From a virus, in IMG/VR virus record IMGVR_UViG_3300021170_000008, positions 1 to 64,000 of that record: DNA of 64,000 nucleotides; one strand, written 5' to 3'. Below the pieces are notes generated by a model, which was not told where the DNA came from, did not search any database, and saw only the letters and a program-made list of their open reading frames with translations. Every line of letters starts with the position of its first letter. Positions within the stretch are counted from its first letter, which is position 1. A program made the position numbers and the translations under genes. This document shows positions 18,790 to 28,755 of this stretch, piece after piece.

Positions 18790-19380
18790 ATGGGACAATA
18801 CCGGAAACCCGTAAACCTTGACAAACACGAGTTCATTTATCCTCACAAGCTAGGCACCGGCCTAAAGCTGTGGGAGCAACTCGCCAACGCACCCGGCACC
18901 GGCGCGGCGCTGATCGTTTTAACAGCGGCGCTACCCGAAACGCGCGGTGGTGGAGATTTTGATCTTGAGGAAAACTGGCATGGTCCAGAGCGCACATTCC
19001 CCGAGCACGACGTAACGCCGGGACCAATGCCAGAAGACTACGCGCCCATCGCCCAGCGCACCATTGGGCGCTGGGCGGGCGACCGCATCGCGCTAATCGG
19101 GGACTATGCCGAAGACGGAGACCTGGGCGACAGTCCGGTATTTCAAACGCCAAAGGGCAACGATCCGCTTAAACTGATTCCGGCCAGCAAGGTGTATGGA
19201 CTATGCACCGACGAACCAACGAATGAAGATCCAGAGCGACAAGCCGAGATCGAAGCATTGGGCGGGGCCTGGAAAGACATTACCGACGATGTCGCGCTGG
19301 TGATCGAGCACGAATTGAACGGCAAATTCGAAGGCGAAGGTTGGCGCAACTGGAAGCCGACAGAACGGAAACGCGCATGA
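18790..19380 (+). CDS. Conserved phage hypothetical protein (MGQY...NLDK.E...GLKL.E...GRWAGDRI...GDY)
   Basis: Recognisable motif; promoter TTGACA-N17-GATACT at 18719-47. Confidence 0.7.
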   Translation: MGQYRKPVNLDKHEFIYPHKLGTGLKLWEQLANAPGTGAALIVLTAALPETRGGGDFDLEENWHGPERTFPEHDVTPGPMPEDYAPIAQRTIGRWAGDRIALIGDYAEDGDLGDSPVFQTPKGNDPLKLIPASKVYGLCTDEPTNEDPERQAEIEALGGAWKDITDDVALVIEHELNGKFEGEGWRNWKPTERKRA

Positions 19381-19697
19381 GCCTAAAGTGCGATATCTGC
19401 TATGCGGAAACCCCCACATGGGATTATCCCGTCAAGTCCTTTCAGATGCCAGCGCTTAACTGGGTCAGTATTGAGAACTGGGCTGCTTGCGATACCTGCC
19501 ACGACTTGATCGAAGCAGACGACCGAATTGCCCTTAACCAGCGGTCCCTTGGGACGTTCATATTGCCGGATGGCTCGACGCCACCGGAGTGGGAGAGGCC
19601 GTTTTTGCTTGAAATCATCGAGCAGCTTAACGAAAAGTTCTACGCCAACCGCCTGGGGCCAGCAACACTGATTAGTCAGGAGGAACTTGCGAAGTGA
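19377..19697 (+). CDS. Hypothetical Zn-binding protein
   Basis: CDIC...WAACDTC; coupled start at 19377. Confidence 0.55.
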   Translation: MSLKCDICYAETPTWDYPVKSFQMPALNWVSIENWAACDTCHDLIEADDRIALNQRSLGTFILPDGSTPPEWERPFLLEIIEQLNEKFYANRLGPATLISQEELAK

Positions 19698-19969
19698 CAA
19701 TCGACGACATCAGGCTAGAACAGACATGCGATACCTGCCCTGAGCAGTACGATGCCTACGTGGGCGAACAACGAGTTGCCTACTTGCGGCTCAGGTGGGG
19801 CCACTTTCGAGTTGAAGTTCCATTTGACGGGAAGACCGTACTCAGCGAGCAGATCGGAGACGGCCCACGGGGCGCATTTGCCGACGAAGAGCGCGACGAA
19901 TGGCTTACAAAAGCCAAGCAGGCAATTCTGGACGAATTATGTACACCGAAAAGCAAATCGAACGGCTGA
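19694..19969 (+). CDS. Conserved hypothetical protein (TC..CPEQYD...YLRLRWG)
   Basis: Coupled ORF, SD AGGAGG. Confidence 0.65.
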   Translation: MTIDDIRLEQTCDTCPEQYDAYVGEQRVAYLRLRWGHFRVEVPFDGKTVLSEQIGDGPRGAFADEERDEWLTKAKQAILDELCTPKSKSNG

Positions 19970-20127
19970 CGCATTATCACAAGGCCGCGACGGTCTTTAA
20001 AGCCAAACGAATAATGGGGCCGGGCTATCTCTACATCCTGAAGTTTGACGACGGTAGAGAAGAGATCGTCCATTCGCAAAAACGAGCGCATGAGATCTAC
20101 AACATGCTCAAGACAAAGGGAGTGTAG

Positions 20128-20619
20128 GTGACAACCGAGACACAAATTAACGAAGCCCGCCAGTATCTCGAAATGATCGAGAGCCTGCGGCAGAAACACG
20201 TAGCAGGCGAATTCCTGAGCCCCTACGCCTACATCTTGAAGAATGGCCGGGAGTGGGGGCCGCGTATATTCCCGGCAGGCGTTAAGAAAATGAAAGACAA
20301 AGCCTGCTTTCAAAACGCCTACAACCTTTCACAAAAGAAGGGCTACCGCTACGTCGAGGGGATGGCGACCAGTATCATCCCGTGTGACCATGCGTGGTGT
20401 GTAAACGACCAAGGCGAAGTGATCGATCCGACCTGGGGTAAGACGTTTTTGAGCGGCAAAGAGCGCGGGCCTGCCGATTACTTCGGTGTCGAGATCCCGG
20501 TTGAGAAGCTCCACAAGATCATGCTGCTTACACGAGTCTACGGCGTGTTCGGCAACTGGCAGCAGTGGGACGAAGTACTGAAGATTTTAAATGAAGAAAC
20601 GAAAACCAGGACGGCCTAA
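20128..20619 (+). CDS. Transglutaminase/papain-like fold hypothetical protein
   Basis: CFQNA...YVEG...HAW...VIDPTW (putative Cys-His-Asp). Confidence 0.55.
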   Translation: MTTETQINEARQYLEMIESLRQKHVAGEFLSPYAYILKNGREWGPRIFPAGVKKMKDKACFQNAYNLSQKKGYRYVEGMATSIIPCDHAWCVNDQGEVIDPTWGKTFLSGKERGPADYFGVEIPVEKLHKIMLLTRVYGVFGNWQQWDEVLKILNEETKTRTA

Positions 20620-20794
20620 GCACCCGCGCGTATCTCGGGCTGAGATCTTGGAGTACGTCAATACGAATATCGGCAGGTTGTACGTAGTCCGAGAACAGGT
20701 AGGCCAATTCGGAGGTTACGTGGAACCAACCTACAAGTCCATGCTTCAGCTTCGAGATCTTCTGACGACCGGCAAGCGATACCCAACAATTTGA
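20591..20794 (+). CDS. Small basic hypothetical protein
   Basis: ORF with AT-hook-like GRPK. Confidence 0.45.
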   Translation: MKKRKPGRPKHPRVSRAEILEYVNTNIGRLYVVREQVGQFGGYVEPTYKSMLQLRDLLTTGKRYPTI

Positions 20795-20806
20795 AAGGAT
20801 AACCAG

Positions 20807-21347
20807 ATGGACGAATTGAGATTAGAGCAGCAGCAACCCGAAAAGTCGAAACACGAGTTCGGCAAGCGCAAGCTGAAAAAGATCGGCCAGCATATCGCGC
20901 AGATCCTCACAGGTAAACTCAGGGGAAAATGGATCGTCGAGAACGGAAAAGTTAAAACTGATCGACGGGCGCTGGCTAACTCCACGTCAACTCCTTGAAG
21001 AGATCAAGGCACAGCTACGGCTACGACCGGAGCTTTACGACCAAGAGATGATCGTAGACACAGCAAATAACGACTGTGGGACTGTGTGTTGCTTGGGTGG
21101 CTGGGCTGCTGTAATGACTACCGGCGGGCGAGTAATGCTGTCTAAGATAGCCGATTTCCTCACAAGCGGAGCGGACCCCGGTACTTGGCTGTTCTACGCA
21201 GAGTGGGGTAATCCATTTTCAACTCAATTGCTCACACAGAGAAAGGCGATAGAAAGAGAGTACCTTGCGGCTAGAACCGGCGCAGGCCGGGTCGAAGCGG
21301 CCTGCAAAGCCATCGACTTGTTCATCAAGGAACATGACCTGAAATGA
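20807..21347 (+). pseudogene. Frameshifted hypothetical gene (CGTVCC family)
   Basis: Removing one A at ~20955 joins 20807 ORF to 21048 ORF via KLIDGRWLTPRQLLEEIK. Confidence 0.55.
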
Positions 21348-21588
21348 GCGACAAAACACTGACCTATATGAAAGATGGCGCTCTGGTAGTGCCATGGGAA
21401 ATAGAAAGAACGGGGGCAGATTATCAATCTGCTTACGCCAGATGAGTACTCCAAGCTACCGCTAGGTACGGAAGTTACAAATATCTTCGGCGAAGTTAAA
21501 ACCAAGACAGAGCGTTCCAGCATACCGGGCGATCCAAATTACATTGACGAAGATACAAGGTACGGCAGGCTACGGGATACCAGCTTGA
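21344..21588 (+). pseudogene. Frameshifted conserved phage hypothetical gene (LLTP.E...LP.GT...IDEDTR.G)
   Basis: Frame change at G-run ~21412-16 and probably again near 21570. Confidence 0.45.
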
Positions 21589-21916
21589 AGCTCTGGCTGG
21601 ACGATGTGCGCGAGCCCTGGAAACACGGGGCGCTGGGCTGGGAGTGGGCCAAGGCCGCCGACGAAGCTATAGCTCTGCTCAAGACCGGCAATGTCGAGAT
21701 CGCAAGCCTGGACCACGATCTAGCGCCAGAGCATTATCCCTGGAGCGGGGTCCCGATTGAGGAAGTCACCGGCACCGGCTACGATGTAGTCTGTTTCCTA
21801 GAGGCCAACCCGCACAATACTGGCCGCAGGACGGCGTCCGGTGTCATTCGATGAACCCGGTAGGCCGCAAGCGAATGGAGATCGTTGTAGAGAGACATTA
21901 CGGGAGATTGTTCTGA
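21585..21916 (+). pseudogene. Cyclic-phosphate-processing receiver-like domain protein, frameshifted
   Basis: LWLDDVR...SLDHDL...TGYDV; expected HSMNPVG tail lies in another frame after ~21814. Confidence 0.65.
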
Positions 21917-21918
21917 AC

Positions 21919-22413
21919 GTGCTGGCACATATCGACGGGTTCATCCTGAACTGCTTTGAGCGCTTCAGCCACTTCATGCAGCGGACTTTCGGTACCAAGG
22001 CTGTGGACTGGGAGCGGTTCTGCTTGATGGCCTCTGCGGCCATAACGATGACTCGCGAATCCAAAATAGCCGGGCTAGCGCTCGCTATTTTTACGACGAT
22101 AATCACCATCCTTATGTTCACGTTGACGTACTTTAGGATACCGACGCCACCAGGAACGATGAACCCACGCAAGATCCGAAATCAATTCTCCAGGCCATTT
22201 TGTATACTTTTTTGCCTGACGTTCCTGTGGAACGATCTTAGAACCGGCAATCTATGGTACGAGTTATGGCGCTTTGCTGACTATTTTAGCGCCTGCGACG
22301 ACCTGCCGCCTGGGGAATCACAAGTACGAAAGTTCGTCAACAGCCTCAAGGCAGGCTTTAGACAGCCGGTGCCAGTAGGTGCATCTTTTCGCTTGACGAA
22401 AACATCGAAGTAG
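21919..22413 (+). CDS. Membrane protein
   Basis: GTG start after SD GGGAG; hydrophobic segments. Confidence 0.55.
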   Translation: MLAHIDGFILNCFERFSHFMQRTFGTKAVDWERFCLMASAAITMTRESKIAGLALAIFTTIITILMFTLTYFRIPTPPGTMNPRKIRNQFSRPFCILFCLTFLWNDLRTGNLWYELWRFADYFSACDDLPPGESQVRKFVNSLKAGFRQPVPVGASFRLTKTSK

Positions 22414-22421
22414 TGTAGGCT
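22393..22421 (+). promoter_or_regulatory. Sigma70-type promoter TTGACG-N17-TAGGCT
   Basis: Upstream of AAA ATPase. Confidence 0.55.
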
Positions 22422-22485
22422 GAGTATTCGCCAATACTTGATAGGATGCGTGGCAATTGGCCGCGCCAGATAGGGAGATAACAAC

Positions 22486-24015
22486 TTGATAGATCAGTTT
22501 ATAAGCGCAAGAAAAGTATCGACTCCAATCGTACTTATTCGCTCTACGGATTATAGTTTGACAACCAGGGCGATAAAGTCTGCATTGGATGTCAAGGATA
22601 AGACCGCCAAGAAGCAGAAGGGCGATCCGATTATTACGTGGGACTGCATCAATGGATGGATGCCCATGAATGACGCTGGCAAAGAAGCGTGCGCTAAGTT
22701 CGGGTCAAACGATGACCTGAAATCGAAAACCACCAACGCGGTAGAGTCTATCGAGTTAGCGCAACAGCTACCTGCCGGTTCAATCCTGTTCCTGTATAAC
22801 GCCCATCAAGGATTCGATAATCCTAATTGGATTCAGGGATGCTGGAACACCAGGGACACCTATAAAACCAATAGACGCACGCTGGTGCTTCTAACGATCA
22901 GCAACGTCGCTCTGCCGCCGGAACTGGCGCAAGATGTCATGGTGATCGACGAGCCACTGCCAGACGCCGAACAGCTTGAGACGCTCGTCAAAGCCGTCTT
23001 TGATTCCGTTGACGAAAAAGTTCCGGATGGAGTTTTACCGAAAGCTGTTGAAGCGCTCGCCGGGCTATCAAATTTTCCGAGCGAGCAAGTTACAGCCATG
23101 AGCTTGTATCGTGATGAAGGCAAGAAAGTCACCCTGAACCTTGATGGACTCTGGAGTCGGAAACGGTCGATGATTTCTAATACCCCCGGCCTGTCTGTTT
23201 GGCGTGGCGGGGAGACGTTCGATCAAATCGGTGGATGCGAGAACGTCAAGGGCTTTATGAAGCGCATCATCGCCGGGAAACGAGCACCGCGAGGTATCGT
23301 GTTCATCGACGAGATCGAGAAGGCGTTCGCTGGAGCCACGGCTGGGTCGAGCGATAGCTCTGGAGTCAGTCAAGGATTCTTAGCTCAGATTTTGAGCTAC
23401 ATGGAAGACAATCAGACCGCAGGCGTGATCTTCATCGGTCCACCTGGGGCGGCAAAGAGCGCAGTAGCTAAGGCCACCGGAAATACCGCAGGCGTCCCGA
23501 CGATTAGTTTCGACCTGGGCGGCATGAAAGATTCACTTGTCGGGGCCAGCGAAGCAAGGCTCCGCAACGCACTGAAAGTCGTAACTGCGGTCACTCAAGG
23601 GCAGGCGTTGTTCATTGGAACTTGCAATCGTATTTCGATACTTCCGCCAGAGCTTCGTCGTAGATTTACTTTGGGCTGCTACTTTTTTGATCTCCCGCGA
23701 CCTGAAGAGCGCGAGGTTATATGGGATATCTACCTGAAAAAATACAACCTACCGGAACAGGAACTGCCGAACGATGAAGACTGGACCGGCGCTGAAATCA
23801 AGCAATGCTGTGATATTGCTGATCGGATTAGCAATACGGTAATCGAGGCGTCTCAGTTTATCGTACCTGTAGCTAAGAGCGCAGCCAAACAGATTGCCGA
23901 GCTTCGCGAAGAAGCCAGCGGCAGATTCATTTCGGCGTCTGAGCCTGGGTTTTACAAACACCGGGCCTCAGATACCGCTGCCGGGGCGAGCAGAGCAATC
24001 AGCCTGGAGGATTAA
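22486..24015 (+). CDS. Ycf46-like AAA+ ATPase
   Basis: GPPGAAKS Walker A, FIDEIEKAF, LPPEL, LVGASE, TGAEI motifs. Confidence 0.85.
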   Translation: MIDQFISARKVSTPIVLIRSTDYSLTTRAIKSALDVKDKTAKKQKGDPIITWDCINGWMPMNDAGKEACAKFGSNDDLKSKTTNAVESIELAQQLPAGSILFLYNAHQGFDNPNWIQGCWNTRDTYKTNRRTLVLLTISNVALPPELAQDVMVIDEPLPDAEQLETLVKAVFDSVDEKVPDGVLPKAVEALAGLSNFPSEQVTAMSLYRDEGKKVTLNLDGLWSRKRSMISNTPGLSVWRGGETFDQIGGCENVKGFMKRIIAGKRAPRGIVFIDEIEKAFAGATAGSSDSSGVSQGFLAQILSYMEDNQTAGVIFIGPPGAAKSAVAKATGNTAGVPTISFDLGGMKDSLVGASEARLRNALKVVTAVTQGQALFIGTCNRISILPPELRRRFTLGCYFFDLPRPEEREVIWDIYLKKYNLPEQELPNDEDWTGAEIKQCCDIADRISNTVIEASQFIVPVAKSAAKQIAELREEASGRFISASEPGFYKHRASDTAAGASRAISLED

Positions 24016-24020
24016 GACGA

Positions 24021-24284
24021 ATGAAATGGTATGCGTTTAAGTTTCAAATCCGAAAGTGGCAAGCGAAGGACGGGCGTTACACGAATCTGGAATCCGTAAC
24101 GGTCGTCCACGGCATTGGCCGTGACTGGCAAGAGGCGATAGAACGAATGAAGGTATTCTTTCAGCCGGTTAGGATCGAGATCGGAGATCTAGAGTGGCGC
24201 GTAGAGCTTTCTGGTATGTACAACTGCGAGCACTTTAACCTGCCGGAGCCTGAGGCGGAGGCCACGCGAAAGATAGAAATATGA
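24021..24284 (+). CDS. Hypothetical protein, C-terminal TRKIEI
   Basis: SD GGAGG. Confidence 0.6.
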   Translation: MKWYAFKFQIRKWQAKDGRYTNLESVTVVHGIGRDWQEAIERMKVFFQPVRIEIGDLEWRVELSGMYNCEHFNLPEPEAEATRKIEI

Positions 24285-24553
24285 CGGTACACCTATACCA
24301 CGTAACCTATGTCCGCTGGAATAGGGAGAATACACTTCTAGGCCAGAAGATGGAGGTCTATACGCCTGGGACCAGCGGATGGGACGCGGCGGCGCGAGTT
24401 CGTGAGTGGGTTTCTGATAGGATCGAGATATTCCGTTGCCATAAACAAGACCTAAAGGTCGTCGGCTTGGATTTCGCCAAGCTGGGCTTCGTTGATCCAG
24501 AAACCGGAAAGCGCCGGGCCAAAAAGTCCGAGCGGGCCATCCAGATAGACTGA
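24281..24553 (+). CDS. Hypothetical protein, C-terminal ERAIQID
   Basis: ATGA-coupled. Confidence 0.6.
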   Translation: MTVHLYHVTYVRWNRENTLLGQKMEVYTPGTSGWDAAARVREWVSDRIEIFRCHKQDLKVVGLDFAKLGFVDPETGKRRAKKSERAIQID

Positions 24554-24717
24554 TATGGAGCCAACCTACGAAATCGTTTCAGAACGCGCAGTACTAGGCA
24601 TACGCTGCCTGCTCTGCGGTCTAACTTCCTGGAACCAAATGGATGTCGTGGAGCGGTACTGCGGACGCTGCCATCGTTTCCATTATTCCGAGCATCTAAT
24701 TAACGAGGAGCAAAAAA

Positions 24718-25026
24718 GTGCCGTGTGACATGGTCCAAGTGAATACTCTTGACTTTTCAACAGCGAAAGGTCACGAGGACATCCTAGCAGAAGCTCTGCG
24801 AGCGCTGGGCTATACCGTCCAGCAATCCGGCAAGAGTCTGTCGTTCTATAAGACCGGCGTCAGCGGAACGTACTCTAATGGCACGTTCCGAACGCAGAAC
24901 AGCACGATAGACCTGGACGCCGTCAAACAGCAGTTCAGCCGTACTGTTGTTAAAACAGCCGCACGAAAATTCGGCTGGCAGTTCACGGAGAAGGCCGGGA
25001 AAATCCAACTGAGGAAGCGCATATGA
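24718..25026 (+). CDS. DUF1257/Ycf35-like protein
   Basis: L..AL..LGY...VKQQFS...VK..A...GW.F.E..GKIQL pattern; adjacent to Ycf46-like ATPase. Confidence 0.55.
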   Translation: MPCDMVQVNTLDFSTAKGHEDILAEALRALGYTVQQSGKSLSFYKTGVSGTYSNGTFRTQNSTIDLDAVKQQFSRTVVKTAARKFGWQFTEKAGKIQLRKRI

Positions 25027-25244
25027 GCAAAGAAGACATCATCAACATCGAGATTCTGGCAGACGGCCAAATAAAGAGTACTTTTGATCCGATATCGCCA
25101 GCCAATCATAGTGTCGCTGAGGCATTCACCCGCCTGCTCGACGAGCTTACCGGGACCAAGGGTAAGCGTACCAGGCGCAAGGATGCAAAAGTCCACGTTC
25201 ACACGCACACCCACGAAAACGAAGGTGGAGGTCACAAACACTAA
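25023..25244 (+). CDS. DUF2997-like small protein
   Basis: I.IEI..DG.I...; follows DUF1257-like gene. Confidence 0.5.
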   Translation: MSKEDIINIEILADGQIKSTFDPISPANHSVAEAFTRLLDELTGTKGKRTRRKDAKVHVHTHTHENEGGGHKH

Positions 25245-25516
25245 TGCCTTGCCTTGGACCAGATGAGGGCGAGTATAGCGCCGAGCTAAGCCGTGATGTG
25301 GATAAATTGACCAGAATGCTCTGCGAAATGTGCCGTCGGGCTGACGCAGGCAAAAAGGGGATGCCGGACGGGGAAACGGCAAAGTGGTGGAAGGAACACC
25401 AAAAGCTCGACGCTCGCCGGGAGCGCGAAGAACGGGAAGAGCGTGAACGCAAAGAAACGGCCAAGAAAGCATTTGGGAAACTCAGTAAAAAAGAGCGGGA
25501 AGCACTTGGGCTCTGA
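25244..25516 (+). CDS. Conserved phage hypothetical protein (MPC...LTRMLC..C...WW.EHQ..D...L...E..ALGL)
   Basis: SD GGAGG; recognisable motif. Confidence 0.65.
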   Translation: MPCLGPDEGEYSAELSRDVDKLTRMLCEMCRRADAGKKGMPDGETAKWWKEHQKLDARREREEREERERKETAKKAFGKLSKKEREALGL

Positions 25517-25641
25517 GCGTTTATATTTTGGGAGAAACCAAAAGATCTGCCTGCGGAGGTACGACTGAGAGTGCTCATGGATGGAAGATCCACTAGTCAG
25601 TATTTTCAAGCCGACAAATGGAAACCGATAGGAGATAAATT

Positions 25642-26134
25642 GATGGCAAAACCGATAAAGTGTGATATCTGCGGGGCGGGGCCTTTCAAGCACCCGGCAC
25701 CGCTTGGCCGACATAAGCGTGACGCTCACGGCATACCTGGGACGAGTCACACCACTCTCGATTATCACAAGGCAAAACAGGCGGCGCAGACGCCCGAGGA
25801 AGCTCTCAAGGCCAGGAAACTGACGTGTGATATCTGCGGCGCTGGGCCTTTCAAGGGACCGCATCTAGTAGGTATCCATAAGAAAAAGGAGCATGGTATA
25901 GAAGGCTCCAGCGCTTCTGTGATCTACAAACGCCAGCGCCGGGCTATCAACGGAGCTACCGGCATAGGATTCGACCGCATCAGCACCAACCTTGACGCGC
26001 TAGCACGAGTCCGTAAACCCAACGGCGGTATCAGCCTGGACGAGGCAATCTCCGCACTTGAGACCAAACGCGACTCAGACTATCGGGCCGCAAACGAAGC
26101 AATCGCGTATCTCAAAGAAATGAGGAACCAATAG
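25642..26134 (+). CDS. Tandem C2H2 zinc-finger protein
   Basis: Two CDICGAGPFK......H....HGI.G repeats; SD AGGAG before MAKP start. Confidence 0.7.
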
Positions 26135-26135
26135 A

Positions 26136-26453
26136 ATGACGCCGTTTCTTTCGCTTCAGGCACCGATCTCCTACCGGATGATCGCTATGCTCCGATACAT
26201 CAAGTCGCACCCGCTTCCACTGGGGAAGCTACGCATCGTCAATCAGTTGACATTGTGGGCACTGTTGCACCGTAGCCCCCAACTGGTCAAGCGTGAGGGT
26301 GATTTCGTGGTCATCACCAACGCAGGTATTGAGGTTCTGGCCGGGTACACCAACCCTGCGCTTGCCGTACGAAAGGTCGAAGCAGACCTGTCTCAACGAG
26401 TTGAGAGTTTGATCGCCTTAGTTCGTAGCCGCGCCCGGCGCAAATCTCAGTAG
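26136..26453 (+). CDS. Hypothetical (winged-helix-like) protein
   Basis: ORF with ...ITNAG wing-like motif. Confidence 0.5.
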   Translation: MTPFLSLQAPISYRMIAMLRYIKSHPLPLGKLRIVNQLTLWALLHRSPQLVKREGDFVVITNAGIEVLAGYTNPALAVRKVEADLSQRVESLIALVRSRARRKSQ

Positions 26454-26504
26454 CTTAGCGCGAATTTAGTATTGACAAATACTTTCTGTAGTGCGAGAAT
26501 AAAT

Positions 26505-26792
26505 ATGAGAGACATCAAACCAGAAAAGCCTGTGCTCCGGCCTTCAGACCGGTTCGTGAAGTTCAGCTACGACGATCTGACCGTACTGATAGATCTCATG
26601 GAATGCGTCGATTTGGAGCCAGAAGAGATCATCGTGAAGGAAAAGGCAGTCCAGATCAGATCTTTGATGGTACAAAAGAGGGCAGCCGAAGACGCCCAAG
26701 ATAGAGCGATACGTAAAGAAAGATCAAGAAGATACAAGGATACCCATGGAAACGCAAACCCTTCCAAAAACGGTGAGCCAGCAGGTAGCTGA
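26505..26792 (+). CDS. Hypothetical protein
   Basis: ATG just after TTGACA-N17-GAGAAT (26472-26500). Confidence 0.5.
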   Translation: MRDIKPEKPVLRPSDRFVKFSYDDLTVLIDLMECVDLEPEEIIVKEKAVQIRSLMVQKRAAEDAQDRAIRKERSRRYKDTHGNANPSKNGEPAGS

Positions 26793-27717
26793 ACTTACCG
26801 GCAAGACGCCACAGAAAGTACGGATATTCGACAAAGCCTGCTGCGTGCGCGTGAAGTTCAACAAAGTTGGGACTTCCCGCAAGATTCCGTCCGGGGCCGT
26901 CGAAACAGACAGTGACCGTGATCTCATCAGGGTCAGCAAGACTCTGTACGATTCCTCTGAGATGAAGGCTGTCAAGAAATTCGACGGCGAGATCCGGGCC
27001 TGGATCTACTCACGCTGTCTCAGTTCCTACATCGACGACGGCTTGTATTTCATCAGCTTACAGTCTCTTAAAGACTTCGACGAGCAGATGAAAAAGTTCG
27101 AAGTCCAGCGAGCGGCCTTAGTCGAATCTCTGGTCGCAGCTTCCGAGCGCATCATCGATCAAGACAAGAACCGTCTGCGGTCAAACTTCAGAGAGTCCGA
27201 CTACAAGAGCCCTGACGCTTTGAGGAAAGCCTTTAGCCTCTACTGGCGCTACGTGTCGTTCGTGGCTCCAAAGTCGCTTGAGGCCGTCTCTGAAGACCTG
27301 TACAAGAAAGCTCAGGATCAGATCAACGCCGATATCGCCGATGCGACCGCCATGGTCCGCTACGCCCTACGGGAGGAAATGAAAAGTCTGGTAGATTGGA
27401 CCGTGAATCGCCTCACACCAGATGAAGGCGGCAAAAAGAAGATTTTTCGTTCGAAAACCAAAGAGGGCGAAGAGATCGGCTTCACAGCCAAAATGAAAGA
27501 CTTCCTGTCCTGCTTCCAGGGCCGCAATATCACCGAAGACGCCGAGCTACAGCAACTTGTACAGAAAGCTCAGGCTTTGATGGCCGGTGTCGATCCCGAA
27601 AAGCTCAGGACTTCCGACATGGACCGGGATTACGTCCGCGCAGGCTTTGAAGAACTAAAGGCCGAACTGGACACGATGGTCAAAGACGCGCCCTTGCGGG
27701 CAATCGAGGTAGACTAA
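26746..27717 (+). CDS. DUF3150-like protein, C-terminal PLRAIEVD
   Basis: G.YFI...L...F..SDY...L...F pattern (recall). Confidence 0.6.
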   Translation: METQTLPKTVSQQVAELTGKTPQKVRIFDKACCVRVKFNKVGTSRKIPSGAVETDSDRDLIRVSKTLYDSSEMKAVKKFDGEIRAWIYSRCLSSYIDDGLYFISLQSLKDFDEQMKKFEVQRAALVESLVAASERIIDQDKNRLRSNFRESDYKSPDALRKAFSLYWRYVSFVAPKSLEAVSEDLYKKAQDQINADIADATAMVRYALREEMKSLVDWTVNRLTPDEGGKKKIFRSKTKEGEEIGFTAKMKDFLSCFQGRNITEDAELQQLVQKAQALMAGVDPEKLRTSDMDRDYVRAGFEELKAELDTMVKDAPLRAIEVD

Positions 27718-27849
27718 CGATGTTAAACAACAATAATCCAATCAACCTGCCGGGCACGCAACCGGCCTGCCACGGCGAAGTGGCAAAAGCTCAGGCGATC
27801 ATGAAGAACATCGTCAAGAACCGTGGCGTGTTCGATCCAGGAGTCAATA

Positions 27850-28743
27850 ATGGCTAAAGTATCGACAATCTCAAAAGTCAAAACAAACGCCGGGCCGGAT
27901 ATCCGAACGATCCCGATTGCCAATATCGAAAATAAATTCGATGTCAGGCAGGTTTTAGACGACGACCGGGTAATCTATCTGGCTGAGCTTTACGAAGGCG
28001 GCGTCAATGTCGAGCCCATTAAGGTCATCCTGGTCACACCCAAGGCCGCTAACCCAAGCGATCAGAAGTATGCCTTCGTTGACGGGCGGCACCGAGCCGC
28101 AGGTAGAGCATTACTGGGCTTGCCGACAATCGAAGCTGAGGTAGTATCAGCGGAAGAACTTGACATGGCTGGACTCTATGCCGAGTCACTCAAGGCCAAC
28201 TGGGGCGGAGCGAAACCGCCGACACGCCAAGATATCCGGCATACCATTCAGAGAATGCTTGAATCAGGCGCGACGTTTAATCGTGTGCGAGCGGCACTGG
28301 CATTTCTGCCTCCGAGCGTTTTCAGGCGCTATGCCGCCGATGCGATGTCGTCTATTGGCAAACACAAGATGCTCATGGCTCTTGAAGCTATCGCAGGAGG
28401 GATGAAGCTGCCTGCGGCTGCTGAAAAGTACGGTATCGATCCAGAGAAATTGAGGGACGCCATCACCGGCCAAAAGAAGAAGGGCAAGACCACGCAGATC
28501 ATGTTGAGTGAGAACAAGATGTTCGTAACCAACGCCCTGCGTAGCGCCAATCAGAAAGTGGCCGGGAAGATGAAAGCACTGTTGGTCAAAGTCGAAGACA
28601 GCGAAATGCCGGTACACGTCATGATGGACATTATCGAAGCCTGGGAAAGCTCTGTTTCAGCTTCGCAGCATCGCATCAAAGACTGGAAAGAGCGGCTCCA
28701 GAGTATCGCCGGGGGCCTTGGGAAAGGCGTCGAAGAAGACTAG
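27850..28743 (+). CDS. ParB/Srx-like N-terminal domain protein
   Basis: EPIKV...VDGRHR motif; SD AGGAG before MAKV. Confidence 0.75.
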   Translation: MAKVSTISKVKTNAGPDIRTIPIANIENKFDVRQVLDDDRVIYLAELYEGGVNVEPIKVILVTPKAANPSDQKYAFVDGRHRAAGRALLGLPTIEAEVVSAEELDMAGLYAESLKANWGGAKPPTRQDIRHTIQRMLESGATFNRVRAALAFLPPSVFRRYAADAMSSIGKHKMLMALEAIAGGMKLPAAAEKYGIDPEKLRDAITGQKKKGKTTQIMLSENKMFVTNALRSANQKVAGKMKALLVKVEDSEMPVHVMMDIIEAWESSVSASQHRIKDWKERLQSIAGGLGKGVEED

Positions 28744-28755
28744 AAAGAGTCTAAC

